Origin: an uncultured Acidimicrobiaceae bacterium
GTDB taxonomy: Bacteria; Actinomycetota; Acidimicrobiia; Acidimicrobiales; RAAP-2
Direction of reading: 5' to 3'
DNA length: 64,000 nucleotides
Assembly (NCBI GenBank): GCA_963717975.1
Contig: OY970351.1
Coordinates: forward strand, 2,129,729 to 2,193,728
Position numbers and translations under genes: made by a program. Under the pieces are notes generated by a model. The model was not told the DNA's origin and did no database searches. It saw nothing but the letters and a program-made list of their open reading frames with translations. Positions 55,318 to 64,000 of this stretch are shown here, in pieces (position 1 is the stretch's first letter; every line of letters starts with the position of its first letter).

Positions 55318-57587
55318 GCCGTAGCTCGTTCTCTGATGATGCGCTCTGGGGAACCGGCGGCGCGAACGTCGAAGAGCGTCTGGATCCGGAGTCGCTGCTC
55401 GAGGGACTAACCCTGCCGCAACGTCAGGCCGTGCTGCAACGAGGTGGCCCGCTACTCGTCATCGCCGGCGCCGGTTCCGGTAAGACGCGCGTCTTGACGA
55501 GACGCATCGCGCACATCCTGGCCATGGGCGACGCACGACCGTGGGAGATCATGGCGATCACCTTCACGAACAAGGCGGCCGACGAGATGCGCCGACGCGT
55601 CGTCGACCTCGTGGGCGCCGACGCGAAGGACATGTGGGTCTCGACGTTTCACTCGGCGTGCCTGCGAATGCTGCGCGCGCACGCCGACGTGCTCGGCTAT
55701 CAGCGGGGGTTCACGATCTACGACGCCGGCGACGCCGAGACCGCCGTCGAACGGATCATGAAGGAACTGAACCTCGACACCAAGCGGCTTCCCCCGCGAA
55801 GCGTCGCGGCGGCGATCTCCGCGGCGAAGAACGAGATGCTCTCGCCGGGGGCCTACGACGCATCGGGCGACGGTAATCCGCACCATCGCCGCATCGCCGA
55901 GATCTACCACCTCTACAACGCGCGGCTGAAAACCGCCAACGCCATGGACTTCGACGACCTCCTCCTGAACGCGGTGGCGATGTTGAAGAAGGACGACGCG
56001 GTCCGCGAGAGTTATCAGCACCGCTTCAAGTATCTGCTCGTCGACGAGTTCCAGGACACGAACGGCGTGCAGAACCAACTCGTGATGATGCTCGCCGAGC
56101 AACACCGCAACCTCTGCGTCGTCGGCGACTCCGACCAGTCGATCTACCGATTCCGCGCGGCCGACGTGCGTAACATCTTGCAGTTCGAGCAGCGATTCCC
56201 CGACGCGTCGGTCATTCTCTTGGAGCAGAACTTCCGTTCGACCCAGACGATCCTCGACGCCGCCAACGCCGTCATCTCCAAGAACTCCAGTCGGCACGCG
56301 AAGAACCTCTTCACCGACGACGTGCAGGGGGAGAAGATCCGGCTGTACCGCGCCGGCGACGAGTACGACGAGGGTCGTTGGGTGGCGACCGAGCTCCGTC
56401 GCCTCGCGACCGAACACAAACTCTCGTGGAATCAGATGGCGATCTTCTACCGAACGAACGCGCAGAGCCGCGTGCTCGAAGAAGAGATGTTGCGCGCGTC
56501 GATTCCCTATCGCGTCATCTCGGGCATGCGGTTCTACGACCGCAAGGAGATCAAGCACGCGCTCGCCTTCGCCCGTCTGATCGTGAATCCCCGCGACGAG
56601 GCGTCTGCTCGACGGGTCATCAACGAACCCAAGCGCGGTATCGGTGACGCGGCGCAGGCGAAGCTCGGTATGTACGCCGCCCAACACGGACTCTCATTCG
56701 CCGAGGCGACGCACTACGCCAAAGAAGCGGGACTCACCGGCCGCGCACTCAGTGGCGCGCAGAAGTTCTCATTCGTGCTCGACGAACTGCGCGCACTCGC
56801 CAACGACCTGTCGCCGCGCGAGGTCATCGACGCGATCGTGCGCGAGACGGGCATGGGTGACGCGCTGCGCGCCGAGAACTCCGACGAGGCCTATTCGCGG
56901 CTGGAGAACCTCGGTGAACTGGCGTCGGCCGCGAGTCAGTACGACACGTTGATGGACTTCGTCGAGCGCATGGCGTTGGTCGCCGACTCCGACCAACTCG
57001 ATGGCGGCGCCGGCGCGATCTCGATGATGACGCTGCACGTCGCCAAGGGTCTTGAGTTTCCCGCCGTCGTGATCACCGGTTTCGAGGAGACGGTGTTCCC
57101 TCACCGGCGCGCGCTCTCGGACGACAACGAACTCGAAGAGGAACGACGACTTTGCTACGTCGGCATCACCCGCGCCATGCGGCACCTGGTCCTCACGCAC
57201 GCCTGGTCCCGAACGATGTGGGGCAATCGCATCGACGCGCTGGCCAGTCGATTCCTCCAAGAGATCCCCGCAGAGTTGATCCACGACATCTCGGCGACCA
57301 AGCCACTTCGTCGAATTGACTACCGCGACGCGGACGGTTTCACCGGGCGAGGTACCGAGTTCACCGAGGGCCGAGCCTTCGGCACCGGCGCGGCACCGCC
57401 GGTGCGTTCGACGGGCGCCGAGAATCTCGGCCTCGGGGTCGGTGATCGAGTCGTACACGATCGCTTCGGTCCGGGCGTCGTGACCAAGGTCGAAGGATCG
57501 GGATCGCACGCTCGTGCGGCCGTCGACTTCGAAGAACACGGCACGAAGCAGTTGGTGCTCGCCATGACACCGCTGCATCGCGCCTAG
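55308..57587 (+). CDS. pcrA: ATP-dependent DNA helicase PcrA/UvrD
   Basis: 759 aa. [31 protein letters not shown] and LEQNFRS helicase motifs. Confidence 0.93.
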   Translation: MGVSRSSFSDDALWGTGGANVEERLDPESLLEGLTLPQRQAVLQRGGPLLVIAGAGSGKTRVLTRRIAHILAMGDARPWEIMAITFTNKAADEMRRRVVDLVGADAKDMWVSTFHSACLRMLRAHADVLGYQRGFTIYDAGDAETAVERIMKELNLDTKRLPPRSVAAAISAAKNEMLSPGAYDASGDGNPHHRRIAEIYHLYNARLKTANAMDFDDLLLNAVAMLKKDDAVRESYQHRFKYLLVDEFQDTNGVQNQLVMMLAEQHRNLCVVGDSDQSIYRFRAADVRNILQFEQRFPDASVILLEQNFRSTQTILDAANAVISKNSSRHAKNLFTDDVQGEKIRLYRAGDEYDEGRWVATELRRLATEHKLSWNQMAIFYRTNAQSRVLEEEMLRASIPYRVISGMRFYDRKEIKHALAFARLIVNPRDEASARRVINEPKRGIGDAAQAKLGMYAAQHGLSFAEATHYAKEAGLTGRALSGAQKFSFVLDELRALANDLSPREVIDAIVRETGMGDALRAENSDEAYSRLENLGELASAASQYDTLMDFVERMALVADSDQLDGGAGAISMMTLHVAKGLEFPAVVITGFEETVFPHRRALSDDNELEEERRLCYVGITRAMRHLVLTHAWSRTMWGNRIDALASRFLQEIPAELIHDISATKPLRRIDYRDADGFTGRGTEFTEGRAFGTGAAPPVRSTGAENLGLGVGDRVVHDRFGPGVVTKVEGSGSHARAAVDFEEHGTKQLVLAMTPLHRA

Positions 57588-57603
57588 CCCAACTCGTCTC
57601 GCG

Positions 57604-58596
57604 TCAGCGCCAGAGTTCAGTGAGAGATTCGGCGACCTCTTGGGCTTGACGGAAGCCAGCTCGAGCGGCGGGGGGGCGCGCCGATTGGTCCATCATGTCG
57701 ACGCCGAACGCGTCGCGAGAGTTGCTATCCGGGAAAACGGCTTCGACCATGCTGCCGCCGGCGCGTAGTTCGTCGATCTGCGCCGCGAGATGCATGCCCC
57801 ACTCCACTGGATGCCGTGACCTGCCGCCAAATGGGGAGAGCACCAATACCCGGTCATACCCGGACGCCAAGTCGGCGTTCTCATTTCGTCGGTAGCCGCC
57901 GTCGATGTATCGATCGTCGCCGATGCCGTACGGAGGGACTCCGAAGCCATTGGCACAGCTGGCCGCGACGGCGTCGGCGAGTTCCACGCCGCTGAAGCGG
58001 TCGAACACGATTGGATCACCGGTGCGGGCATTCACGGCCACGATGAACACCAGTTGTTGCGGCCATTGCTGGCTCGGCAGCCGGGCGGCGACGGTGGCGC
58101 GCCACTGACTCTGCGCGGAACCATCGGAAGTCGAGTCCAAGGTGAGCGCCGCCGTACCCATTCGGCGGCGCATGTCGGCGGCGTCCTTGGCGGCGCCGAT
58201 GATCTCACTGGTTATCGCCATGTGATTCGCCAGGGGTGCATTCCGCACGACTCCATGGTCAGGTCGTCTCGCCCTCGTTGCGTCCCGGGGCGGAGAATCG
58301 ATGATATGGGCCAGCAGTTCGTGCGGACTCGTCCCGCTCGTTATCTGGGCCGCGGCCGTCGACCCGGCGGACGTCCCGATGACCAGATCTGCCCGGGTCA
58401 CGTCCAATCCGGCATCGAAGAGACCGGCGATGACGCCGATCTCCCACGCATTGCCCGCGGATCCGCCCCCGTGGAGCACCAGAGCTCTGGTGTGCGCCGC
58501 GACCGCGTCGCTGATTGCATCCCGCGCGCGTGGTCGCTCGGCTTCGGACGTCGTGGTTGAGGTGAGGTGATGAGATGACGCGGGTACTGAGTTCAA
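57604..58596 (-). CDS. Patatin-like phospholipase family protein
   Basis: HGGGSAGNAW oxyanion loop, GTSAGS (GxSxG) and a later DGG motif. Confidence 0.85.
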   Translation of the reverse strand: MNSVPASSHHLTSTTTSEAERPRARDAISDAVAAHTRALVLHGGGSAGNAWEIGVIAGLFDAGLDVTRADLVIGTSAGSTAAAQITSGTSPHELLAHIIDSPPRDATRARRPDHGVVRNAPLANHMAITSEIIGAAKDAADMRRRMGTAALTLDSTSDGSAQSQWRATVAARLPSQQWPQQLVFIVAVNARTGDPIVFDRFSGVELADAVAASCANGFGVPPYGIGDDRYIDGGYRRNENADLASGYDRVLVLSPFGGRSRHPVEWGMHLAAQIDELRAGGSMVEAVFPDSNSRDAFGVDMMDQSARPPAARAGFRQAQEVAESLTELWR

Positions 58597-58868
58597 GGGA
58601 GTTGCCTTTCGCGATGTGCGTGTCGGGGCTCCCGGTGGCGACTACGTCAGTCGCGCAGTCCTGATCTGCGGGGGAGCACCCATTGCGGATACTGCGTTCA
58701 CGGGTCTCACCTCCTGGTCCGAAATTGCGTTGGTGGCACGGTAGCACGACGCGCGCTGCGAGAACGTCGCGCCGGTGCTCGTCGTCGTGACGAACTCGTA
58801 AATCATCATTAAGAATCGCTGCCTTTGAACTGAAATCTCACGGCGAGTAGGTGCCAGAATGAAGTTTC

Positions 58869-60131
58869 ATGGTCTACAAGCGCCCGGTATATCGACCACC
58901 GGCCGCGCCCCGACCACAGATGCACCGCTTGCCCCAGCGCATCTACTGGCGCCGTCGCTCCGTCGTTCTGTTCGCCCTCGCCGTGCTGGTGGTCGTGGCG
59001 TACTACGCCGCCACACTGTTCTTCGCCCTCCTCAATCCCTCCTACGGCTCGAGCCTCTCGACCCGGGCGTCGCAGTGGGGACGCCAACACGGGCTCGCGG
59101 GTGTCGTGAACTGGGGCGCGAGCGAGGCGTATCACTGGGACCTCCCCCAGACCGGCGGCACACCACCCGCCGGTTCCTTCGGCACCGGTGCGCTCACCAA
59201 GACGTTCAAGTCGCCGGTTGCGCTGGCACCGCCGGTCGACATGGTGCCGCCCGTGAAGAAGGCGCTCCCGGGTGAGGGCGTCTGGCACGTCGTCGGTCGC
59301 ACCACCGCCAACGGGATCCCGACGATGTACGAGGCGTTCGTTCGTCCCGACGCCGTGCACACCAGCTACGTCGTCGGTGTCGTGTGGATGGACACGAATC
59401 TGTTGAGCGCGTTGCTGTACTCCGGTTCACAGATTCCGGGCGGCGGTCCCTTCTGGCACGCCGCACCGATCAGCCCGCACCGTTCCAAGACGTTGGTCGC
59501 GGCCCTCAATTCGGGCTTCTTGATGTCGAACGCCGACGGTGGGTACTACAGCGACGACAAGACCTTCAAGAAGTTGCGCAAGGGCGCGGCGTCGGTCGTC
59601 ATCTTCAAGAACGGTCGCATGACGGTGGCGAAGTGGGGTCGCGACGTCGTGATGACCAATCAGATCGCGTCGGTGCGCCAGAATCTCGACCTGATCGTCG
59701 ACAACGACAAAGTGGTCCACGGTCTGGGAGACGCCGCGTCGAAGAAGTGGGGCGACGTCGTGAACTCCAACGATGACGTCTGGCGCTCGGGGCTTGGCAT
59801 TACGCCCAGCGGCGCGATCGTCTACGTCGCAGGGCCCGGAATGTCGCTCAGCGATCTCGCCAACGTAATGCTGCGCGCCGGCGTCGAAGAGGGCATGGAG
59901 CTCGACTACGGACTCGACTGGGTGCAGTTCTCGAGCTTCACCGGCGTGCCCGGTCGCACGATCGGCGCGAGCGACGGCGCGAGTCTGCTCGCGTCGATGC
60001 CCGGTGCGCCGGACCGGTACTTCGCATCGTTCTGGCAACACGATTTCTTGACGATGTCGCTGCGCACCAACGAGTTGCGCCGCACGGTCAAGACGTCGAC
60101 CTCGACGACCACGACGACGACGCCCGGCTAG
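58869..60131 (+). CDS. Membrane-anchored phosphodiester glycosidase family protein
   Basis: 420 aa with an N-terminal TM segment. The central/C-terminal region resembles the NAGPA/DUF2233 family (ALNSGF...RSGLGITPSGAIVYV...MELDYG). Confidence 0.65.
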   Translation: MVYKRPVYRPPAAPRPQMHRLPQRIYWRRRSVVLFALAVLVVVAYYAATLFFALLNPSYGSSLSTRASQWGRQHGLAGVVNWGASEAYHWDLPQTGGTPPAGSFGTGALTKTFKSPVALAPPVDMVPPVKKALPGEGVWHVVGRTTANGIPTMYEAFVRPDAVHTSYVVGVVWMDTNLLSALLYSGSQIPGGGPFWHAAPISPHRSKTLVAALNSGFLMSNADGGYYSDDKTFKKLRKGAASVVIFKNGRMTVAKWGRDVVMTNQIASVRQNLDLIVDNDKVVHGLGDAASKKWGDVVNSNDDVWRSGLGITPSGAIVYVAGPGMSLSDLANVMLRAGVEEGMELDYGLDWVQFSSFTGVPGRTIGASDGASLLASMPGAPDRYFASFWQHDFLTMSLRTNELRRTVKTSTSTTTTTTPG

Positions 60132-60895
60132 CGGTCCGAGACCCGTCGCCAGATCGCCTTGGGGAGTAGATGTATCAATCCGAAGGCGTAGCGCAGAATG
60201 GGCGGGCTCCAGATCACGCGGTCGTTGGTCTCGAAGCCCTTCATCACGTAGCCGGCGACCTCTTCCGGTCCGGTCGTGAAGGGCATCGGCGCGTGACCTT
60301 CGGCCATGCGCGTACGCACGACGCCGGGCCGGAGGAGTTGCAGCGTGACTCCGGTCCCCTCGAGTGAATCGGCCATGGCGTCACAGAGTCGATCGAGGCC
60401 CGCCTTGGCGCCGCCGTAGAGGTAGGCGTTGCGACGGACGCGAATCGAGGCCACCGACGACATCACCAATATCCGCCCATTTCCCTGATCAACAAGGCGA
60501 CGGCGGATCTCGGCCAGGGCCGCGACGGGCCATGCGAAGTTCACCAACGCGACGCTCGCGGCGGCCGTGGCGTCGTTCTCTTGGGCGAATTGATCGCCGA
60601 GCAGGCCCACGGCGACGACGACGAGGTCAACGTTCTCTTTGATGTGCTCGAACGCCTCGGACACAGCGCGCTCGGCGTCGGTCACGTCTTCGGCGTCAAA
60701 GACCACCGTCGCCGTCGTGGTGGCGCCGTAGACCTTCGCCTCCTCGGCCGACTCGTCCAGCAGCGTCTGGTTGCGACCGCAGAGTACGACGATGTGAGCG
60801 CGGGCCGCGCAAAGACGCTTGGTCAGCGCGCGGGCGATGTCGGAACTGCCGCCGAGCACGATGACGCTTTGCGGTTGACCGAAGGCATTTTCCAT
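60128..60895 (-). CDS. dprE2: SDR oxidoreductase resembling decaprenylphospho-D-erythro-pentofuranosid-2-ulose 2-reductase (DprE2)
   Basis: ORF 60128..61006 trimmed to ATG 60895. VLGGSSDIA, VVAVGLLGD, MSSVA..RVRR.NYLYGGAKAGLD, LRPGVVRTRM, and a tail like the Mycobacterium tuberculosis DprE2 (Rv3791). Confidence 0.65.
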   Translation of the reverse strand: MENAFGQPQSVIVLGGSSDIARALTKRLCAARAHIVVLCGRNQTLLDESAEEAKVYGATTTATVVFDAEDVTDAERAVSEAFEHIKENVDLVVVAVGLLGDQFAQENDATAAASVALVNFAWPVAALAEIRRRLVDQGNGRILVMSSVASIRVRRNAYLYGGAKAGLDRLCDAMADSLEGTGVTLQLLRPGVVRTRMAEGHAPMPFTTGPEEVAGYVMKGFETNDRVIWSPPILRYAFGLIHLLPKAIWRRVSDR

Positions 60896-61034
60896 GGGCG
60901 ACCTTCCGATCAGAGTGAGACGTCGACGTCGATTGACGTCTCCATTCGTGAGGCTACTCAAGAGGGTTTCGTGCCACAACGCGCCCGCGAACCCGGCAAA
61001 TGGCACTTCGATTGTTACCTAGAATGAAGGTCCC

Positions 61035-61442
61035 ATGAATCGCACGTACCGAGTCGTCGTCGCCAAGCCCGGTCTTGATGGGCACGATCGTGGGGCCAAG
61101 GTCATCGCCCGTACCCTGCGCGACGCCGGCTTCGAGGTGGTCTACACCGGACTGCATCAGACACCCGAGCAGATCGTCCAGGCGGTCATCCAAGAGGACG
61201 CCGACGCGCTCGGCCTCTCGCTGCTGTCGGGCGCTCATCTGGTGTTGGTCCCGCGGGTGCTCGATCTCCTGGAGAGCGAAGGACGAGAGGACGTCCTGGT
61301 GCTGGTCGGCGGCATCATCCCGGACGATGACATCCCCGGGCTCGAGGCGTTGGGTGTCGCGCGAGTGTTCACGCCCGGCGCGTCGCTCGCGGAGATTGGT
61401 TCGTGGCTCGAGTCGACGTTGGACGCACGAGCGCACCTGTAG
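61035..61442 (+). CDS. Cobalamin-binding domain protein (methylmalonyl-CoA mutase C-terminal domain type)
   Basis: 135 aa. GLDGHDRG (DxHxxG) B12-binding motif. Confidence 0.88.
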   Translation: MNRTYRVVVAKPGLDGHDRGAKVIARTLRDAGFEVVYTGLHQTPEQIVQAVIQEDADALGLSLLSGAHLVLVPRVLDLLESEGREDVLVLVGGIIPDDDIPGLEALGVARVFTPGASLAEIGSWLESTLDARAHL

Positions 61443-61493
61443 TGAATCGACGTGACTGCCGTCCGGCGGTCCGATAATTGAAAGTAGAAGTAC

Positions 61494-62636
61494 ATGGATC
61501 TGTTCGAGTACCAGGGCAAGCAGTACTTCGCGCGCTTCGGCATCGCCGTGTCGCCGGGCGACATCGCCGACAGCGTCGAACAGGCCGTCGAGGTCGCCGA
61601 ACGCGTGGGCTATCCGGTGGTCGTCAAGGCCCAGGTCAAGGTGGGCGGCCGCGGCAAGGCCGGCGGCGTGAAACTCGCGAACGACGTGGAGGAGGTGCGC
61701 CTGCACGCCGGCAACATTCTCGGACTGGATATAAAAGGTCACGTCGTGCACCGACTCTGGATCGAACGGTCGAGTGACATCGCCAAGGAGTACTACGCGT
61801 CATTCACCTTGGACCGCCAGAACAAGACGCACCTCGGGATGTTGAGCGCCCAAGGCGGCGTCGAGATCGAGGTTGTCGCCGAGGAGAATCCCGACGCGAT
61901 CGCCTTCCTCGCGATCGACCCGGTGCGCGGACTCGACCTCGAGACGGCTCGACGGTGGGTCAACGACGCCGAGTTGGACGAGGCCGCGCGCGAACAGGCC
62001 GCCGAACTGCTCGTCCACCTCTACGAGTGCTACACCCGGGGTGACTGCGACCTCGCCGAGATCAATCCGCTGATCTTGACGCCCGACAATAAGGTCCACG
62101 CCCTCGACGCCAAGGTCACCTTGGACGAGAACGCGGCGTTTCGTCACCCCGAGTGGGAGGAGTTTCGCGCCGACGAGTTCGAGGACCCGCGAGAGAAGTT
62201 GGCCAAGGAGAAGGGTCTCAACTACATCGGTCTCGACGGCACGGTGGGCATCATCGCCAATGGCGCCGGCCTGGCCATGTCCACCCTCGACGTCGTCAAC
62301 CAGGTCGGCGGCACGGCCGCCAACTTCCTGGACATCGGCGGCGGCGCGAACGCCGACGTCATGGCCTCGGCGCTGGAGGTGATCAACACGGACCCGAAGG
62401 TGAAGGCGATCTTCGTCAATATCTTCGGCGGCATCACCCGCGTCGACGAGGTCGCCAACGGCGTCCTCGAAGCGTTGGCGCGCGTGGCGATCTCCACGCC
62501 GATCGTGCTGCGCCTCGACGGCACCAACGCCGTCGAAGGCCGCGCCATCCTGGCCCCCCACTTGAACGACGCATTGATCACCGAACCCACGATGCTGGAC
62601 GCCGCACGCCGCGCCGTGTCCCTCGCGAACGCCTAA
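61494..62636 (+). CDS. sucC: Succinyl-CoA ligase (ADP-forming) subunit beta
   Basis: 380 aa. [10 protein letters not shown]...[17 protein letters not shown]. Confidence 0.97.
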   Translation: MDLFEYQGKQYFARFGIAVSPGDIADSVEQAVEVAERVGYPVVVKAQVKVGGRGKAGGVKLANDVEEVRLHAGNILGLDIKGHVVHRLWIERSSDIAKEYYASFTLDRQNKTHLGMLSAQGGVEIEVVAEENPDAIAFLAIDPVRGLDLETARRWVNDAELDEAAREQAAELLVHLYECYTRGDCDLAEINPLILTPDNKVHALDAKVTLDENAAFRHPEWEEFRADEFEDPREKLAKEKGLNYIGLDGTVGIIANGAGLAMSTLDVVNQVGGTAANFLDIGGGANADVMASALEVINTDPKVKAIFVNIFGGITRVDEVANGVLEALARVAISTPIVLRLDGTNAVEGRAILAPHLNDALITEPTMLDAARRAVSLANA

Positions 62637-62646
62637 AGGAAGAGAC

Positions 62647-63531
62647 ATGAGCATTTTCGTAGATGAGAACACCAAGGTGATCGTCCAAGGACTCACCGGT
62701 GGCCAGGGCCGATTCCACGGTCTGCGTAACCGCGACTACGGCACCAAGGTCGTCGGTGGCGTCACCCCCGGCAAGGGCGGGAGCGACGTCGACGGCGTAC
62801 CGGTCTTCAACACGGTGAAGGAGGCGGTCGCCGCGACCGGCGCCACCGCGTCCTTCGTCGTGGTGCCGCCGAAGTTCGCCTCGGCGGCGATCATCGAGGC
62901 GGCCGAAGGCGGGATCACGTTCATCGTGTGCATCACCGAGGGCATTCCGGCCCAGGACGAGGCGATCACGTACAACCGTCTCGTCGAGGACTTTCCCGGC
63001 GTGCGCCTGTTGGGGCCGAACTGCCCCGGGATCATCAGTCCCGGCAAGTGCAACATCGGCATCACGTCGGGCGACATCGCCCTAGCGGGTGGACCGGTCG
63101 GCATCGTGTCGCGTTCGGGCACGTTGACCTACCAGGCGCTCTACGAACTCAGTCAGCAGGGCATCGGTCAGACGACGTGCGTCGGCATCGGCGGCGACCC
63201 GGTGCCGGGCACGAACTTCATCGACTGCCTCGCCGCCTTCCAGGCCGACCCCGAGACGCTCGCCGTCATGATGATCGGCGAGATCGGCGGCTCCGAAGAG
63301 GAGCGCGCCGCCGAGTGGATCAAGGCCAACATGACCAAGCCGGTCGTCTCCTACATCGCCGGCGTCACGGCGCCCCCGGGACGAAAGATGGGCCACGCCG
63401 GGGCGATCATCTCGGGCTCCAAGGGCACGGCGCAGGCGAAGATGGACGCGCTCGCCGCCGCCGGTGTGCACGTCTGTCTGAACCCCACCGAGGCCGGCCG
63501 GAAAATGGGCGAAATCGTCAAGGCGCTGTAG
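62647..63531 (+). CDS. sucD: Succinyl-CoA ligase subunit alpha
   Basis: 294 aa. [19 protein letters not shown] and MGHAGAII (phospho-His). Confidence 0.97.
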   Translation: MSIFVDENTKVIVQGLTGGQGRFHGLRNRDYGTKVVGGVTPGKGGSDVDGVPVFNTVKEAVAATGATASFVVVPPKFASAAIIEAAEGGITFIVCITEGIPAQDEAITYNRLVEDFPGVRLLGPNCPGIISPGKCNIGITSGDIALAGGPVGIVSRSGTLTYQALYELSQQGIGQTTCVGIGGDPVPGTNFIDCLAAFQADPETLAVMMIGEIGGSEEERAAEWIKANMTKPVVSYIAGVTAPPGRKMGHAGAIISGSKGTAQAKMDALAAAGVHVCLNPTEAGRKMGEIVKAL

Positions 63532-63535
63532 CGCG

Positions 63536-64000
63536 TTGGACGAGGTGCGACTCTGCGTGCTGGCGTCCGGGACGGGCACCATCCTCGAGGCGATGCTGCG
63601 CGGGGGCCTCGACGTGTCGCTCGTCGCGTCCGATCGACGTTGCCGCGCGCTCGACCTGGCCTTCGGGGCGGGCGTGGAGACGTTGCTCGTCTCTCGAGAG
63701 CAGTACGGCGGCTTCGCGCCGACCTTCGATCGTGAAGGCTTCACCATCGAGCTGACCGACGCGCTGCGTCGACGTGACATCGATCTGATCGCCATGGCTG
63801 GCTTCGGCACGATCGTGACGAAGCCCTTTCACGACGCCTACCCGGGACGGGTGCTCAACACCCATCCGAGTCTGTTGCCGGCGTTCAAGGGCTGGCACGC
63901 CGTCGCTGCGGCGTTGGCATCGGGCGTCACGGAGACGGGGTGCACCGTGCACGTCGCCACGGAAGAACTCGACGACGGGCCGATCCTCGCGCAACGTCGC
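63536..64000 (+). CDS. purN: Phosphoribosylglycinamide formyltransferase (3' end outside window)
   Basis: Open frame to the window end. VLASGTGTILEAML... and NTHPSLLPAFKG motif. Start is TTG 63536 or GTG 63545. Confidence 0.85.
   Translation, partial: MDEVRLCVLASGTGTILEAMLRGGLDVSLVASDRRCRALDLAFGAGVETLLVSREQYGGFAPTFDREGFTIELTDALRRRDIDLIAMAGFGTIVTKPFHDAYPGRVLNTHPSLLPAFKGWHAVAAALASGVTETGCTVHVATEELDDGPILAQRR

Noticed and set aside
62928-63755. 275-aa alternative-frame ORF across sucD and purN
   Set aside because: It is out of frame with two clearly identified genes and has an Arg-rich shadow composition.

Overview
This is a high-GC chromosomal segment of Actinomycetota type (MMPL, GuaB3, DprE2-like and tsaE-tsaB-rimI-tsaD genes, CIRCE upstream of groES). 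From 1 to 23.8 kb it holds the 3' end of rpoC and the str/S10/spc/alpha ribosomal superoperon: rpsL, rpsG, fusA, tuf, rpsJ through rplO, secY, adk, map, infA, rpmJ, rpsM, rpsK, rpsD, rpoA, rplQ, truA. That cluster is interrupted once by two reverse-strand genes, an orphan LuxR-type response regulator and an S51 peptidase. From 23.8 to 40.1 kb there are housekeeping genes: M13 peptidase, clpP paralog, SRPBCC-ArsR pair, rplM-rpsI-glmM, glmS, acpS, alr, UDG, tsaE/B, rimI, tsaD, pdxH, an MFS gene and groES-groEL. As written, nearly every gene between about 28.6 and 35.4 kb has a disrupted reading frame, while genes elsewhere in the window are intact. The most unusual part is 40.15-44.1 kb. It is an AT-richer stretch with no convincing protein gene, starting right after the groEL terminator. 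It carries 10 near-identical copies and 1 degenerate copy of a 16-nt core (YTCCGGTCCCAYCAGG), all in the same orientation and 266-551 bp apart, with unit-specific sequence between them. It does not fit CRISPR, integron attC, an IS/MITE or a simple satellite. From 44.1 to 64 kb there is a neocarzinostatin-fold secreted protein next to a DHA2 MFS pump, then OsmC, SHOCT, MMPL, NUDIX, guaB3-guaA, pcrA, patatin, a phosphodiester glycosidase, a DprE2-like SDR, a B12-binding domain protein, sucCD and the 5' part of purN. No tRNA, rRNA, cas, integrase or transposase gene was recognised.
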